A stretch of DNA of 64,000 bases from an uncultured Gammaproteobacteria bacterium (GTDB lineage Bacteria; Patescibacteriota; Patescibacteriia; UBA9934; GWF2-40-263): contig CAYNRK010000001.1 of the NCBI GenBank assembly GCA_964399675.1, forward strand, positions 137,221 to 201,220, in the 5' to 3' direction. The first letter of the stretch is position 1. Each line of letters starts with the position of its first letter. A program made the position numbers and the translations under genes. This document shows positions 37,076 through 45,719 of the stretch, piece after piece. The notes beneath the pieces were generated by a model, which was not told the origin of the DNA, searched no databases, and saw only the letters and a program-made list of their open reading frames with translations.

Positions 37076-37645
37076 ATGCGAGCACTCTTGCCTGACAGAG
37101 GGCGAGTCATCGGGTTCTGCGTCCTGATCAGCGCGATGCTGTTGCTGGCCGCAGTACCGGCAACCGCGGAGGTGAAGGCGACCGACCAGTCCCACGACGC
37201 GGACTCGGGGGTCATCTGCTTCCTGAACAACGACGCCAGCCAGGAGCTGACCTGCATCAACCGACGCGCAGAGTCGGACATGTGGGCGATCACCTGCGCG
37301 CTGCGGGACGGCGGCAAGTGCCTGAGCCGAGACAGCGAGCTCATCCTCGTGGACGGCAACCGCTTCATCATGCGAGACGGTCAGCTCATCCTCTGTGACG
37401 GCAACCGCTTCATCATGCGGGATGGGCAACCGCCGTTCATCATGAGGACACCAGCAACAGCTATGCTCCTGCTCAAGGAGATCGGGATGAACCACCCGGC
37501 GGTGGCGCTCCTGATCATGATGCGCGACGAGTTCATCATGCGCACGCCAACAACGCTCGCGCTCAAGAAGTGGCGCGGCGCAACCCAAGCGGTGTCCAAG
37601 GCCGAACTCACGGACGGGACCGCTCCGTTCTCGTTCTGCGTGTAG
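37076..37645 (+). CDS. Secreted/exported protein with tandem FIMRDGQ repeats, on a very high-GC (about 62%) island.
   Basis: Signal peptide MRALLPDRGRVIGFCVLISAMLLLAAVPATA. Repeat LIL(V/C)DGNRFIMRDGQ x2 plus FIMRTP x2. Confidence 0.45.
   Translation: MRALLPDRGRVIGFCVLISAMLLLAAVPATAEVKATDQSHDADSGVICFLNNDASQELTCINRRAESDMWAITCALRDGGKCLSRDSELILVDGNRFIMRDGQLILCDGNRFIMRDGQPPFIMRTPATAMLLLKEIGMNHPAVALLIMMRDEFIMRTPTTLALKKWRGATQAVSKAELTDGTAPFSFCV
37333..37422 (+). repeat. 45-bp perfect-ish tandem duplication (ctcatcctc[gt]tg[gt]gacggcaaccgcttcatcatgcg[ag]ga[ct]gg[tg]ca[ga]) x2.
   Basis: Directly visible at 37333-37377 and 37378-37422. Confidence 0.75.
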
Positions 37646-37783
37646 CGCGACCCCGGCGCAACGCACGAGACAACGGCTCCACACTCAAGGGTGTAGAAAA
37701 GCTGACTTCGGTCGGCTGCTCCTGCATCCTTTTTCATTTTCTTGTGTTTCCAAAGAGCTTTCTGTACATTGAATAGCACAACT

Positions 37784-38137
37784 ATGCCACTTATTGCCAA
37801 TATTCTTCTGGTTTGTTTTCACACACTTATTGCCTGGGTGCTTGTTGAAATTTTTGTGAATTTGTCGCATCGTCTAAAACGTTACGTGTTTATCATCTCT
37901 CACTATTTGTTTGTGGCGTTTGCTTTTACATCAACCTTTTTTCTCTACAACACTTTCTTTGTTACGTTTACCGCGTTTACCACCATGGCCATTGCCATGC
38001 TTTTTGTTTTCTTTCTTGAAATACTTGTCTTTAAATATATGTACAGTGGTGATAGATGGTTTTTGAATTATGTTGATTGGATTGTCCCGATTTTCATTGC
38101 TGCATCATCTATTTATTTTATAGGAATATTGGTTTGA
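37784..38137 (+). CDS. Small 4-TM membrane protein (paralog B of 34210-34590).
   Basis: Shared motifs HTLIAWVLV and NYVDWIVPIFIAASSIYFIGI. Confidence 0.5.
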   Translation: MPLIANILLVCFHTLIAWVLVEIFVNLSHRLKRYVFIISHYLFVAFAFTSTFFLYNTFFVTFTAFTTMAIAMLFVFFLEILVFKYMYSGDRWFLNYVDWIVPIFIAASSIYFIGILV

Positions 38138-38170
38138 CGAAATGAGTCAAAAGAGTATTCTATCGACGGT

Positions 38171-39472
38171 ATGCCTGATACATTTCATATAACAGGAGGA
38201 CGTCCACTTAACGGAGAGGTTGTTCTGTCAGGAGCAAAAAATGGTGCGTCCAAAATGATGATTGCAAGTCTGCTTACTAACGAGCCGGTTGTTTTGAATA
38301 ATGTTCCTGTACAGCAGGAAACAAAAATCACACAGGAAATTATTGAAATGATTGGTGCACAAGTTGATTGGGTAGAAGATCATCGGTTGGATATTCATAC
38401 ACCAACCATAAAATCGACTTCTGTTCAAAACATTTCACGAAAAAATCGCATTAGCATTCTTACACTTGCACCACTTCTTCATAGAGCCGGCGAAGCATTT
38501 GTTGCGCTTCCTGGAGGGGATGATATTGGGCCTCGTCCTGTTGGTTTTCACATTACCGCTCTTCAAAAAATGGGTGCAAAGATAGAGGAAACAAAAGAAG
38601 GATTTCAGGCTTCTGTAAAAGGTCGTCTTAAAGGCGCTTTGATCGAACTTCCGTTTCCATCGGTTGGTGCAACTGAAACTTCAATCCTTGCAGGTGTGTT
38701 AGCAGATGGCCGTACCACTATTCGAAACGCAGCTATTGAGCCGGAAATTCAGGAGCTTGTAATGATGCTTCAGAAGATGGGGGCAATTGTTCAAATTAAT
38801 GCAAATCGGTCTATTGAAATTTTAGGGGTTGATCAGTTGCACACCACAACAGCTCGAGTTATGCCTGACCGAATTGAAGCTGCGTCATATGCTTCAATGG
38901 CACTTGGAACAAAAGGAGAAATTTTTGTGCGCGATGCTGAGCACAAACACATGATCACTTTTTTGAACACTGTTCGTAGACTTGGTGGTAACTATGAAGT
39001 AAAAGAAGACGGCATCCTTTTTCAAGGATCAGACGAATATAAAGGGATTGAACTTGAAACAGACACTCATCCCGGTTTTATGACCGATTGGCAACAGCCG
39101 TTTGTTGTTGCACTAACTCAAGCAAAAGGAACTTCGGTTGTTCACGAAACAGTATATGAAAAACGTTTTGGTTATACAGAAGCATTAAATAAAATGGGCG
39201 CTGACATTACTCTTTTTAAAAAATGTCTTGGCGAAATTGAATGCAGATTTAAAGGTGAAAATTATAAGCACTCTGCTGTTATAAACGGGCCAACCAAGTT
39301 GCATGCAACAGATGTAGAAGTGCAAGACATAAGAGCAGGGCTTGCGCTTGTAATTGGTGCGCTTGTTGCAGAGGGCACATCTGTTTTAACAAATATTAAA
39401 CATTTGGATCGCGGTTACGAGCGTCTTGAAGAAAAACTAAAAGGTGTTGGTGCTGTGATAGAACGCAAATAA
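38171..39472 (+). CDS. murA: UDP-N-acetylglucosamine 1-carboxyvinyltransferase.
   Basis: ITGGRPLNGEVVLSGAKNGASK N-terminus, EPSP-synthase fold repeats, and catalytic-loop region. Confidence 0.9.
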   Translation: MPDTFHITGGRPLNGEVVLSGAKNGASKMMIASLLTNEPVVLNNVPVQQETKITQEIIEMIGAQVDWVEDHRLDIHTPTIKSTSVQNISRKNRISILTLAPLLHRAGEAFVALPGGDDIGPRPVGFHITALQKMGAKIEETKEGFQASVKGRLKGALIELPFPSVGATETSILAGVLADGRTTIRNAAIEPEIQELVMMLQKMGAIVQINANRSIEILGVDQLHTTTARVMPDRIEAASYASMALGTKGEIFVRDAEHKHMITFLNTVRRLGGNYEVKEDGILFQGSDEYKGIELETDTHPGFMTDWQQPFVVALTQAKGTSVVHETVYEKRFGYTEALNKMGADITLFKKCLGEIECRFKGENYKHSAVINGPTKLHATDVEVQDIRAGLALVIGALVAEGTSVLTNIKHLDRGYERLEEKLKGVGAVIERK

Positions 39473-39476
39473 CTTT

Positions 39477-39551
39477 TGTCATCTCGACTAAGCGAGCTTT
39501 GCGAGCGCACGGAGAGATCTCTCGGCTCGCTGGTGCTCGCTCGAGATGACA
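39477..39551. repeat. TGTCAT-family element, copy 4 (tgtcatctcgactaagcg...ctcgagatgaca).
   Basis: Terminal inverted repeats. Internal ggagagatctctc palindrome. Confidence 0.7.
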
Positions 39552-39567
39552 CGTATAATTTATAATT

Positions 39568-40251
39568 ATGCTTCTTAGTATTCTTTTTTCATCACCAGCT
39601 ATTGCTCTTGTATGGGTTGTTGCGATTTTTACTTCTCTTACCATTCATGAATTTTCTCATGCTCTTGCTGGAAAATTGCGTGGTGACAGAACAGCAGAAC
39701 GAGAAGGTCGTCTTACACTTAACCCTCTTGCGCACATTGATTTGATGGGGCTTATCCCTCTTTTTATTTTTGGGTTTGGTTGGGCAAAGCCTGTTCCGTT
39801 TAATCCGTATAATTTAAAAAATCCAAAATGGGATTCTGTTTTGATCGCGCTTGCGGGCCCTGCATCAAATTTAATTTTAGCAATCATTTCAGCAATAGCA
39901 TTTCGCATTCTGATTGGCACTGGTGTAATTGAAGGAATTAATCTGCTTGCAATCTTTTTATTCTTTTTGATTCTTTTAAATTTGTTTTTGTTATTTTTTA
40001 ACATTGTTCCAATCCATCCACTTGATGGCTCAAAACTTTTCTTTGCTTTGTTTGATAAACCACAGTACGCACAGTTGCGACAATGGGTTGCAGTCCGCGG
40101 CCCTCAAGTTTTAATGATCGCAATCGTAATAGCGATTCTCACAAACATAAACATTTTCTTTTTTGTCTCAGCTCCATCTTTTGCAACTTGTAATGCTTTA
40201 ATTGGAGGAAGTTGCAGTGGTTTTTTTGGAGCGATTTTTTCTCTTATTTAG
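39568..40251 (+). CDS. M50-family (site-2 protease-like) zinc metalloprotease.
   Basis: HEFSHA HExxH in a TM helix and second ligand region LDGS. Multi-TM. Confidence 0.7.
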   Translation: MLLSILFSSPAIALVWVVAIFTSLTIHEFSHALAGKLRGDRTAEREGRLTLNPLAHIDLMGLIPLFIFGFGWAKPVPFNPYNLKNPKWDSVLIALAGPASNLILAIISAIAFRILIGTGVIEGINLLAIFLFFLILLNLFLLFFNIVPIHPLDGSKLFFALFDKPQYAQLRQWVAVRGPQVLMIAIVIAILTNINIFFFVSAPSFATCNALIGGSCSGFFGAIFSLI

Positions 40252-40256
40252 CACCT

Positions 40257-40329
40257 TGTCATCTCGAGCTTGTCGAGAGATCTCGAAAACGCGAGATCCC
40301 TCGGCTCCCGTTGGTTGCTCGGGATGACA
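40257..40329. repeat. TGTCAT-family element, copy 5 (tgtcatctcgagcttg...ctcgggatgaca).
   Basis: Terminal inverted repeats. Confidence 0.7.
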
Positions 40330-40335
40330 GGGGTG

Positions 40336-40372
40336 CGTGAAACTCCACCGGCTCTGCCGGTGGAGTTTCACG
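40336..40372. promoter_or_regulatory. Perfect 16-bp inverted repeat cgtgaaactccaccgg-ctctg-ccggtggagtttcacg immediately upstream of the rpsL promoter region.
   Basis: 16-bp perfect stem with a 5-nt loop and no T-run. Putative -35 TTGACG about 20 nt downstream. Confidence 0.5.
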
Positions 40373-40432
40373 CAAAGCATTCACAATAAAAGTATTGACG
40401 GTTTAAAAGGCTCATGTTATCCTTTCCGCGCT

Positions 40433-40852
40433 ATGCCTACAGTAAACCAGCTGATCCGCAAGGGTCGAAAAACAAAAGCAGATAAAAGCAAATCACCAGC
40501 AATGCAATATACGCTGGATTCTTTGCATCGCAAACGTACATCTTTGAAAAAAGGAAGCGCTTTTAAGCGAGGTGTTTGTGTGAAAGTCACAACAAAGACT
40601 CCAAAGAAACCAAACTCAGCTATTCGAAAAGTTGCTCGTGTGCGCTTGTCAAACGGAACAGAAGTCAATGCTTATATTCCAGGTGAGGGTCACAACTTGC
40701 AAGAGCACTCAATCGTAATGATCAGAGGTGGGCGTGTGAAAGATTTGCCGGGAGTTCGTTACCACATTGTTCGTGGTGTTTATGACACTCAAGGTGTTGA
40801 CGGAAGAAAACAGAGTAGGTCAAAGTACGGAGTGAAAAAGCCAAAAAAATAA
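40433..40852 (+). CDS. rpsL: 30S ribosomal protein S12.
   Basis: [13 protein letters not shown]...[16 protein letters not shown]. Confidence 0.95.
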   Translation: MPTVNQLIRKGRKTKADKSKSPAMQYTLDSLHRKRTSLKKGSAFKRGVCVKVTTKTPKKPNSAIRKVARVRLSNGTEVNAYIPGEGHNLQEHSIVMIRGGRVKDLPGVRYHIVRGVYDTQGVDGRKQSRSKYGVKKPKK

Positions 40853-40858
40853 ATCCTT

Positions 40859-40993
40859 TGTCATCCCGAGCGAAGCCGAGGGATCTCGCATATTCGAGAT
40901 TTCTCCACTCGCGGAGCCTGTCCTGAGCGAACGAGGTGAGTCGAATGGGCTCGGTCGAAATGACATTAGTAAACAGGCTCGGTCGAGATGACA
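40859..40993. repeat. TGTCAT-family element, copy 6, with a duplicated right terminus (..gtcgaaatgaca...ggtcgagatgaca).
   Basis: About 90% identical to 16325-16456 over about 110 bp. Confidence 0.75.
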
Positions 40994-41061
40994 CGTTAAA
41001 AAACGATGGAGTACCTCGACCATGTCCGGGGGAATAGATTCCATTAGACTAAGTCAAAACT

Positions 41062-41529
41062 ATGCGTGGGAAAAAAGCAACAAAACGTCAGATTATCCCT
41101 GATCCAAAGTTTGGCAATGTACAAGTTGCCAAGCTTATTAATTATGTGATGAAAGATGGAAAGAAGACTACTGCTCAAAAAGTGATTTACGATACTCTTG
41201 ACATCATTTCAGACAAAACAAAACAAGACGCACTTGATGTATTTGAACAAGCTCTCAAAAATGTCATGCCAACACTTGAGGTGAAATCAAAACGTGTTGG
41301 TGGAGCCAACTATCAAATCCCAATGTCTGTTCGTGGCGACCGTCGATATGTTCTTGCATATAGATGGATCATCACAGCAGCAAGAACAAAGAAAGGCCGT
41401 CGCATGGCTGAAAAACTTGCAGACGAACTCATTGCAGCTTCAAACAACGAAGGCGATGCTATTAAAAAGAAAAACGACGTGCAAAAAATGGCCGAGGCCA
41501 ATAGAGCATTTGCACATTTTGCAAGGTAA
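41062..41529 (+). CDS. rpsG: 30S ribosomal protein S7.
   Basis: Conserved S7 sequence. Confidence 0.95.
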   Translation: MRGKKATKRQIIPDPKFGNVQVAKLINYVMKDGKKTTAQKVIYDTLDIISDKTKQDALDVFEQALKNVMPTLEVKSKRVGGANYQIPMSVRGDRRYVLAYRWIITAARTKKGRRMAEKLADELIAASNNEGDAIKKKNDVQKMAEANRAFAHFAR

Positions 41530-41634
41530 GTATAAAAAGAAACTAATAGAAATAAATTGAAATAGATGGAAATAGGTTGAATACAACTTTATTTCTACAT
41601 ATTTCTACTATATTTCAACCTATTTCTACAAAAT

Positions 41635-43728
41635 ATGCCTAGATCATACTCACTTGATAAAATTCGCAACTTTGGAATTTTTGCGCACATTGATGCCGGA
41701 AAAACAACCGTGTCAGAGCGCATCCTGTTTTACACAGGAAAGAAACACAAAATTGGAGAGGTGCATGAGGGAGAAGCAACAATGGACTGGATGGAACAAG
41801 AGCAAGAGCGTGGGATCACTATCACATCTGCTGCAACCACAGCATTTTGGAAAGATCACCGTTTAAATCTTATTGATACTCCGGGTCACATTGATTTTAC
41901 TGTTGAGGTAAAACGTTCAATGCGAGTTCTTGATGGAGGTGTTGCTGTGTTTGATGGTGTTGCAGGTGTTGAACCACAGTCTGAAACCAACTGGCGATAT
42001 GCGGATGAATATAAAGTTCCAAGACTTGTTTTCATTAACAAACTGGATAGAACCGGAGCAGATTTTTACAAGGACCTAGATTCTGTTCACGACCGATTAA
42101 CAAAAAACGCACATCCGATTCAACTTCCTATTGGTGCTGAGGCAAATTTTTCAGGTGTGATTGATCTTATTAAAAATAAGGCTTTTATTTATAAAGATGA
42201 TCTTGGGCGTGAAATTGAAGAAACAGAAATTCCAGATGATATGAAAGCATTGGCAGAAGAGTGGCGAGGAAAACTTTTTGAAGCTGTTGCAGAAAACGAT
42301 GAAGCATTAATGAATAAATATCTTGGAGGCGAAGAGCTTGATATTAAAGAAGTGAAAGCTGTTATTAGAAAAGCAACAATTGCAAATGATTTTATTCCAG
42401 TGCTTTGTGGGACTGCTCTAAAAAATAAAGGAGTACAGCTTTTGCTTGACGCTGTTGTAGATTATTTGCCAAATCCATTGGAAGTACCACCTGTTCAAGG
42501 TATTGATCCGGATGATGAGGAAAAGGTACTTACACGAAAGGCAGATGACAATGAGCCTTTTGCTGCTCTTGCTTTTAAAATTGCTGCAGATCCGTTTGTT
42601 GGAAAGCTTGCATTTTTCCGCGTGTACTCAGGTATGGTCAAAGCTGGTTCTTATATTTTGAATTCATCAACAGGAAAAAAAGAACGTGTTGGACGCATTG
42701 TGCGCTTGCACGCAAATTCACGTGAAGAAGTGCCTGATGTGTTTGCCGGAGAAATTGCTGCAATGGTTGGACTTAAAGAAACATTTACCGGACACTCGCT
42801 TTGTGATCCGGATCATCCAATAATTCTTGAGGCCATTACATTTCCAGAGCCGGTTATCTCGATTGCGATTGAACCAAAAACAAAACCAGACCAAGAAAAA
42901 ATGGCTATTGCACTTCAAAAGCTTGCTGAAGAAGATCCAACTTTCCGTGTTCGAACAGACGAGGAAACAAATCAGGTTATTATTTCAGGAATGGGAGAGT
43001 TGCATTTGGATATTATTGTCGAACGTCTTAAGCGCGAGTTCAGTGTTGAATGTAATGTTGGAACACCGCAAGTTTCTTATCGAGAAACAATCAAGGGAGA
43101 TTCAGAAGGAGAAGGAAAGTATATTCGACAAACTGGTGGTCGCGGACAGTATGGTCATTGTCAGGTCAAAATTGAAAAGTTAGAACCAGGTTCTGGAATC
43201 GAATTTGAAGAAAAGATTAAGGGAGGCTCAGTTCCGCGCGAGTACTTTAATGCAATTGAAAAAGGGTACAGAGAAGCAACCGAACGTGGTGTTATTGCTG
43301 GGTATCCAATTCTGGATGTAAAAATGACTTTGCTTGATGGAAGTTATCACGAAGTTGACTCTTCAGAAGCTGCCTTTAAGATTGCCGGTTCTATGGCATT
43401 CCAGGATGCTGCAAAGAAAGCAGGTCTTGAGTTGCTTGAGCCAATGATGAAAGTTGAAGCTATAACACCGGAAGATTTTATGGGAACTGTTGTGGGAGAT
43501 TTAAATGCAAAGCGAGGACAGATTCAGGAAATGTCGGATCGGTCCGGGGCAAAGGCGATTTCAGCTTTTGTGCCGCTTGCAGAAATGTTTGGTTATGCAA
43601 CAACACTTAGATCGCTTACCCAAGGTAGAGCAAGTTATTCCATGGAATTTGATCATTACAGTGCAGTGCCATCAAATGTTGCAAAAGAAATTATTGAAAA
43701 ACGTGGAGGTGGTGGTTCGAAAAAATAA
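41635..43728 (+). CDS. fusA: Elongation factor G.
   Basis: [22 protein letters not shown] and domains II-V. Confidence 0.95.
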   Translation: MPRSYSLDKIRNFGIFAHIDAGKTTVSERILFYTGKKHKIGEVHEGEATMDWMEQEQERGITITSAATTAFWKDHRLNLIDTPGHIDFTVEVKRSMRVLDGGVAVFDGVAGVEPQSETNWRYADEYKVPRLVFINKLDRTGADFYKDLDSVHDRLTKNAHPIQLPIGAEANFSGVIDLIKNKAFIYKDDLGREIEETEIPDDMKALAEEWRGKLFEAVAENDEALMNKYLGGEELDIKEVKAVIRKATIANDFIPVLCGTALKNKGVQLLLDAVVDYLPNPLEVPPVQGIDPDDEEKVLTRKADDNEPFAALAFKIAADPFVGKLAFFRVYSGMVKAGSYILNSSTGKKERVGRIVRLHANSREEVPDVFAGEIAAMVGLKETFTGHSLCDPDHPIILEAITFPEPVISIAIEPKTKPDQEKMAIALQKLAEEDPTFRVRTDEETNQVIISGMGELHLDIIVERLKREFSVECNVGTPQVSYRETIKGDSEGEGKYIRQTGGRGQYGHCQVKIEKLEPGSGIEFEEKIKGGSVPREYFNAIEKGYREATERGVIAGYPILDVKMTLLDGSYHEVDSSEAAFKIAGSMAFQDAAKKAGLELLEPMMKVEAITPEDFMGTVVGDLNAKRGQIQEMSDRSGAKAISAFVPLAEMFGYATTLRSLTQGRASYSMEFDHYSAVPSNVAKEIIEKRGGGGSKK

Positions 43729-43740
43729 AAATTGAAAAAG

Positions 43741-43769
43741 AAAAATGAGGCCCAGGCCTCATTTTTTGT
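43741..43769. terminator. Bidirectional terminator aaaaatgaggcc-cag-gcctcattttttg.
   Basis: Perfect 9-bp stem with symmetric A and T runs. Confidence 0.7.
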
Positions 43770-44298
43770 ATGTCACAACATCACCCAAATCTTGTTCAGG
43801 TTCCCAATCCGGAAACTTAAAAGCATTAGAAATAATCCGCCCACCTTCTTTAAGTTCTTGCATTACCTTTTTTTCAATTCCTTTCATAGAGAAAGGAATT
43901 TGATACAAGAGAATCACATCAACATCAGATAAGTCAGCTTTCCAAAACGATTTCTTTTTGATTTCAATTTTATCCTCAAGTCCCAGTTTTTTTATGTGTC
44001 TTCTGGAAAGTCTTACAAGCCCTGGGTGAACTTCATATCCAACTGCTGATTTTGCTCCTGCCTTAATGGCAGCAACCAGCAACCGACCGTCTCCTGAGCC
44101 CAAGTCCACAACATGATCGGTCTCTTTTATTTTTGCAAGCTTGATCATCCTTTTTACTTTTGCAGGTTCTGTTGCAACATAAGGCGCTCCTCGATTAATG
44201 AGCGGGATCAACATGCCGCCAAACCAATAGAGCACTACTAAAGCCACTATTAAAATGACAAGCAAGAAAAAAAGAAGTAAAAATGTGATAGGATCCAT
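43759..44298 (-). CDS. Membrane-anchored class I SAM-dependent methyltransferase.
   Basis: N-terminal TM helix, then VVDLGSGDGRL SAM motif I. Confidence 0.6.
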   Translation of the reverse strand: MDPITFLLLFFLLVILIVALVVLYWFGGMLIPLINRGAPYVATEPAKVKRMIKLAKIKETDHVVDLGSGDGRLLVAAIKAGAKSAVGYEVHPGLVRLSRRHIKKLGLEDKIEIKKKSFWKADLSDVDVILLYQIPFSMKGIEKKVMQELKEGGRIISNAFKFPDWEPEQDLGDVVTYKK

Positions 44299-44303
44299 AA
44301 AGT

Positions 44304-45341
44304 ATGACTGTTTCAAAAAAGGTATTAGCTCAATATGAGATTGGAAAAGTGAAGTCAGTAAAGCCAGTTGAATCTGGTTTGGTTCATAATACGTTTGCAA
44401 TCAAAACATCTACCGGTGATTATATCATTCAAAAGCTTCATCCCATACTTTCTGATCAAGGAACAGCCAGAGATTTTTTGGCTGTGGCTGAACATCTTGA
44501 AAAGGAAGAATTTTTAGCACCCAAGTGTGTGCTTAGTAAAACAGGGAAAGTTTTAGCTCGTGAAGGAAAAGAGGTTTGGAGAATGCAAACAAAATTGTCA
44601 GGCAACACATACGACGTTATAAAGGATCTTTCAATGCTCAGAGAAGCTGGAAAAATTTATGCGCAGTTTCACAAGACAATGGACCACATGGATTATAAGT
44701 TTAAATCAAAATTGGTTTTGCACGAGACAGAGAAGATTTATAAGAAGTTTTTAAAAATTCTCCCCCTTTTCAAGGGGGAGTTAGAGGGGGTTAGTAATGA
44801 GGTTGAGTTTATAAAAAAAGAATTTCCAAAATATTTTTTGCCAAAAAGTTTGCCGCTTAGAGTAATTCATGGAGATCCAAAAGTATCGAATATTTTGTTT
44901 AAGAAGGTCCCCCCCCTTTTCAAGGGGGGGTTAGGGGGGGTTACCGCTGCTGCAATTATTGATTTGGATACTTGTAGTCGCAGTTCGATTCTGGTTGAGC
45001 TTGGCGATGCGTTTAGATCCTGGTGTGGTAATGAAGAAGATGATCCAAAGAACAGGTTTTGTCTTCGCAAGTTTCGTTCAGCTTGGTCTGGGTATAAAAA
45101 AGGCTCTGATGGGTTTTTAACAGCCAGAGAAAAAAGTTTGATTCCAAAGTGTATTGGTACAATCACACTTGAACTAGCTTGTAGATTTTTAACAGATTAT
45201 TTTGAAGATAGTTATTTTGGTTGGGACTCAAAGCGTTACAAATCCAGAAAAGAACATAACTTGGCGCGATGCCGCGGACAGATAAAAGAGTTTCAAGATT
45301 ATAAAAAAAAGCTTTCGAAAATAAGAAGAGTGGTCAATTGA
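44304..45341 (+). CDS. APH/choline-kinase-like phosphotransferase (protein-kinase-like fold), with two in-frame PPF-element insertions.
   Basis: Catalytic HGDPKVSNILF (HGDxxxxN) and IIDLDTC (DxD). Insertions LPLFKGELEGVS at 44757-44792 and PPLFKGGLGGVT at 44903-44945. Confidence 0.6.
   Translation: MTVSKKVLAQYEIGKVKSVKPVESGLVHNTFAIKTSTGDYIIQKLHPILSDQGTARDFLAVAEHLEKEEFLAPKCVLSKTGKVLAREGKEVWRMQTKLSGNTYDVIKDLSMLREAGKIYAQFHKTMDHMDYKFKSKLVLHETEKIYKKFLKILPLFKGELEGVSNEVEFIKKEFPKYFLPKSLPLRVIHGDPKVSNILFKKVPPLFKGGLGGVTAAAIIDLDTCSRSSILVELGDAFRSWCGNEEDDPKNRFCLRKFRSAWSGYKKGSDGFLTAREKSLIPKCIGTITLELACRFLTDYFEDSYFGWDSKRYKSRKEHNLARCRGQIKEFQDYKKKLSKIRRVVN
44757..44792 (+). repeat. PPF element copy (in-frame, phosphotransferase gene), first.
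   Basis: ctcccccttttcaagggggagttagagggggttagt. Confidence 0.8.
44903..44945 (+). repeat. PPF element copy (in-frame, phosphotransferase gene), second.
   Basis: gtcccccccctttTcaagggggggttagggggggttacc. Confidence 0.8.
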
Positions 45342-45374
45342 CATAAAGTTTCCATATGGAAACTTTATGTCAAT
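45337..45374. repeat. 38-bp perfect palindrome attgacataaagtttccat|atggaaactttatgtcaat overlapping the phosphotransferase stop codon.
   Basis: 19+19 perfect dyad symmetry with no mismatches. Confidence 0.8.
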
Positions 45375-45634
45375 GTGTTAGCAAAAACAAAACAACTCCC
45401 GATTGAGAGTCGTTTCTTGTCCACCGAAGCCTCTTGGCGAAGGTGGATACATCTGAATGTTGAGATTTCGTTTCAGGCTTGCAGTGTTACTTTATCCTGT
45501 TCATCAACCTCTTTCCTGTGCAGCTATAGTTCAGATGTCTTCTGTTTGGACTAATCCAGACAGGTATCACGTGATTGCACAAGAGGGAATACTACCATAT
45601 ATAGGCGATTTTGTCAACCCCAAAGAGTCATTTC

Positions 45635-45672
45635 CCCCCTTTTCAAGGGGGGATTAAGGGAGGTTAGCATAA
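45635..45672 (+). repeat. PPF element copy, intergenic, at the left edge of the 45.7-49.4 kb high-GC island.
   Basis: tccccccttttcaaggggggattaagggaggttagcataa. Confidence 0.8.
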
Positions 45673-45719
45673 AATAAAGCAAATTGAAAAGCCCGCCTTT
45701 TGAGCGGACTGAGTGGCTG

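Noticed and set aside
36827-37684. 285-aa minus-strand ORF covering the high-GC insert
   Set aside because: It is antisense to the secreted-protein gene. High GC suppresses stop codons. It has no ribosome-binding site or motif.
45457-45657. 66-aa ORF ending in ...FPPFSRGD, which reads through a PPF element
   Set aside because: It has no ribosome-binding site or promoter. It probably only reflects the element's open frame. It is retained as a repeat copy, not as a gene.
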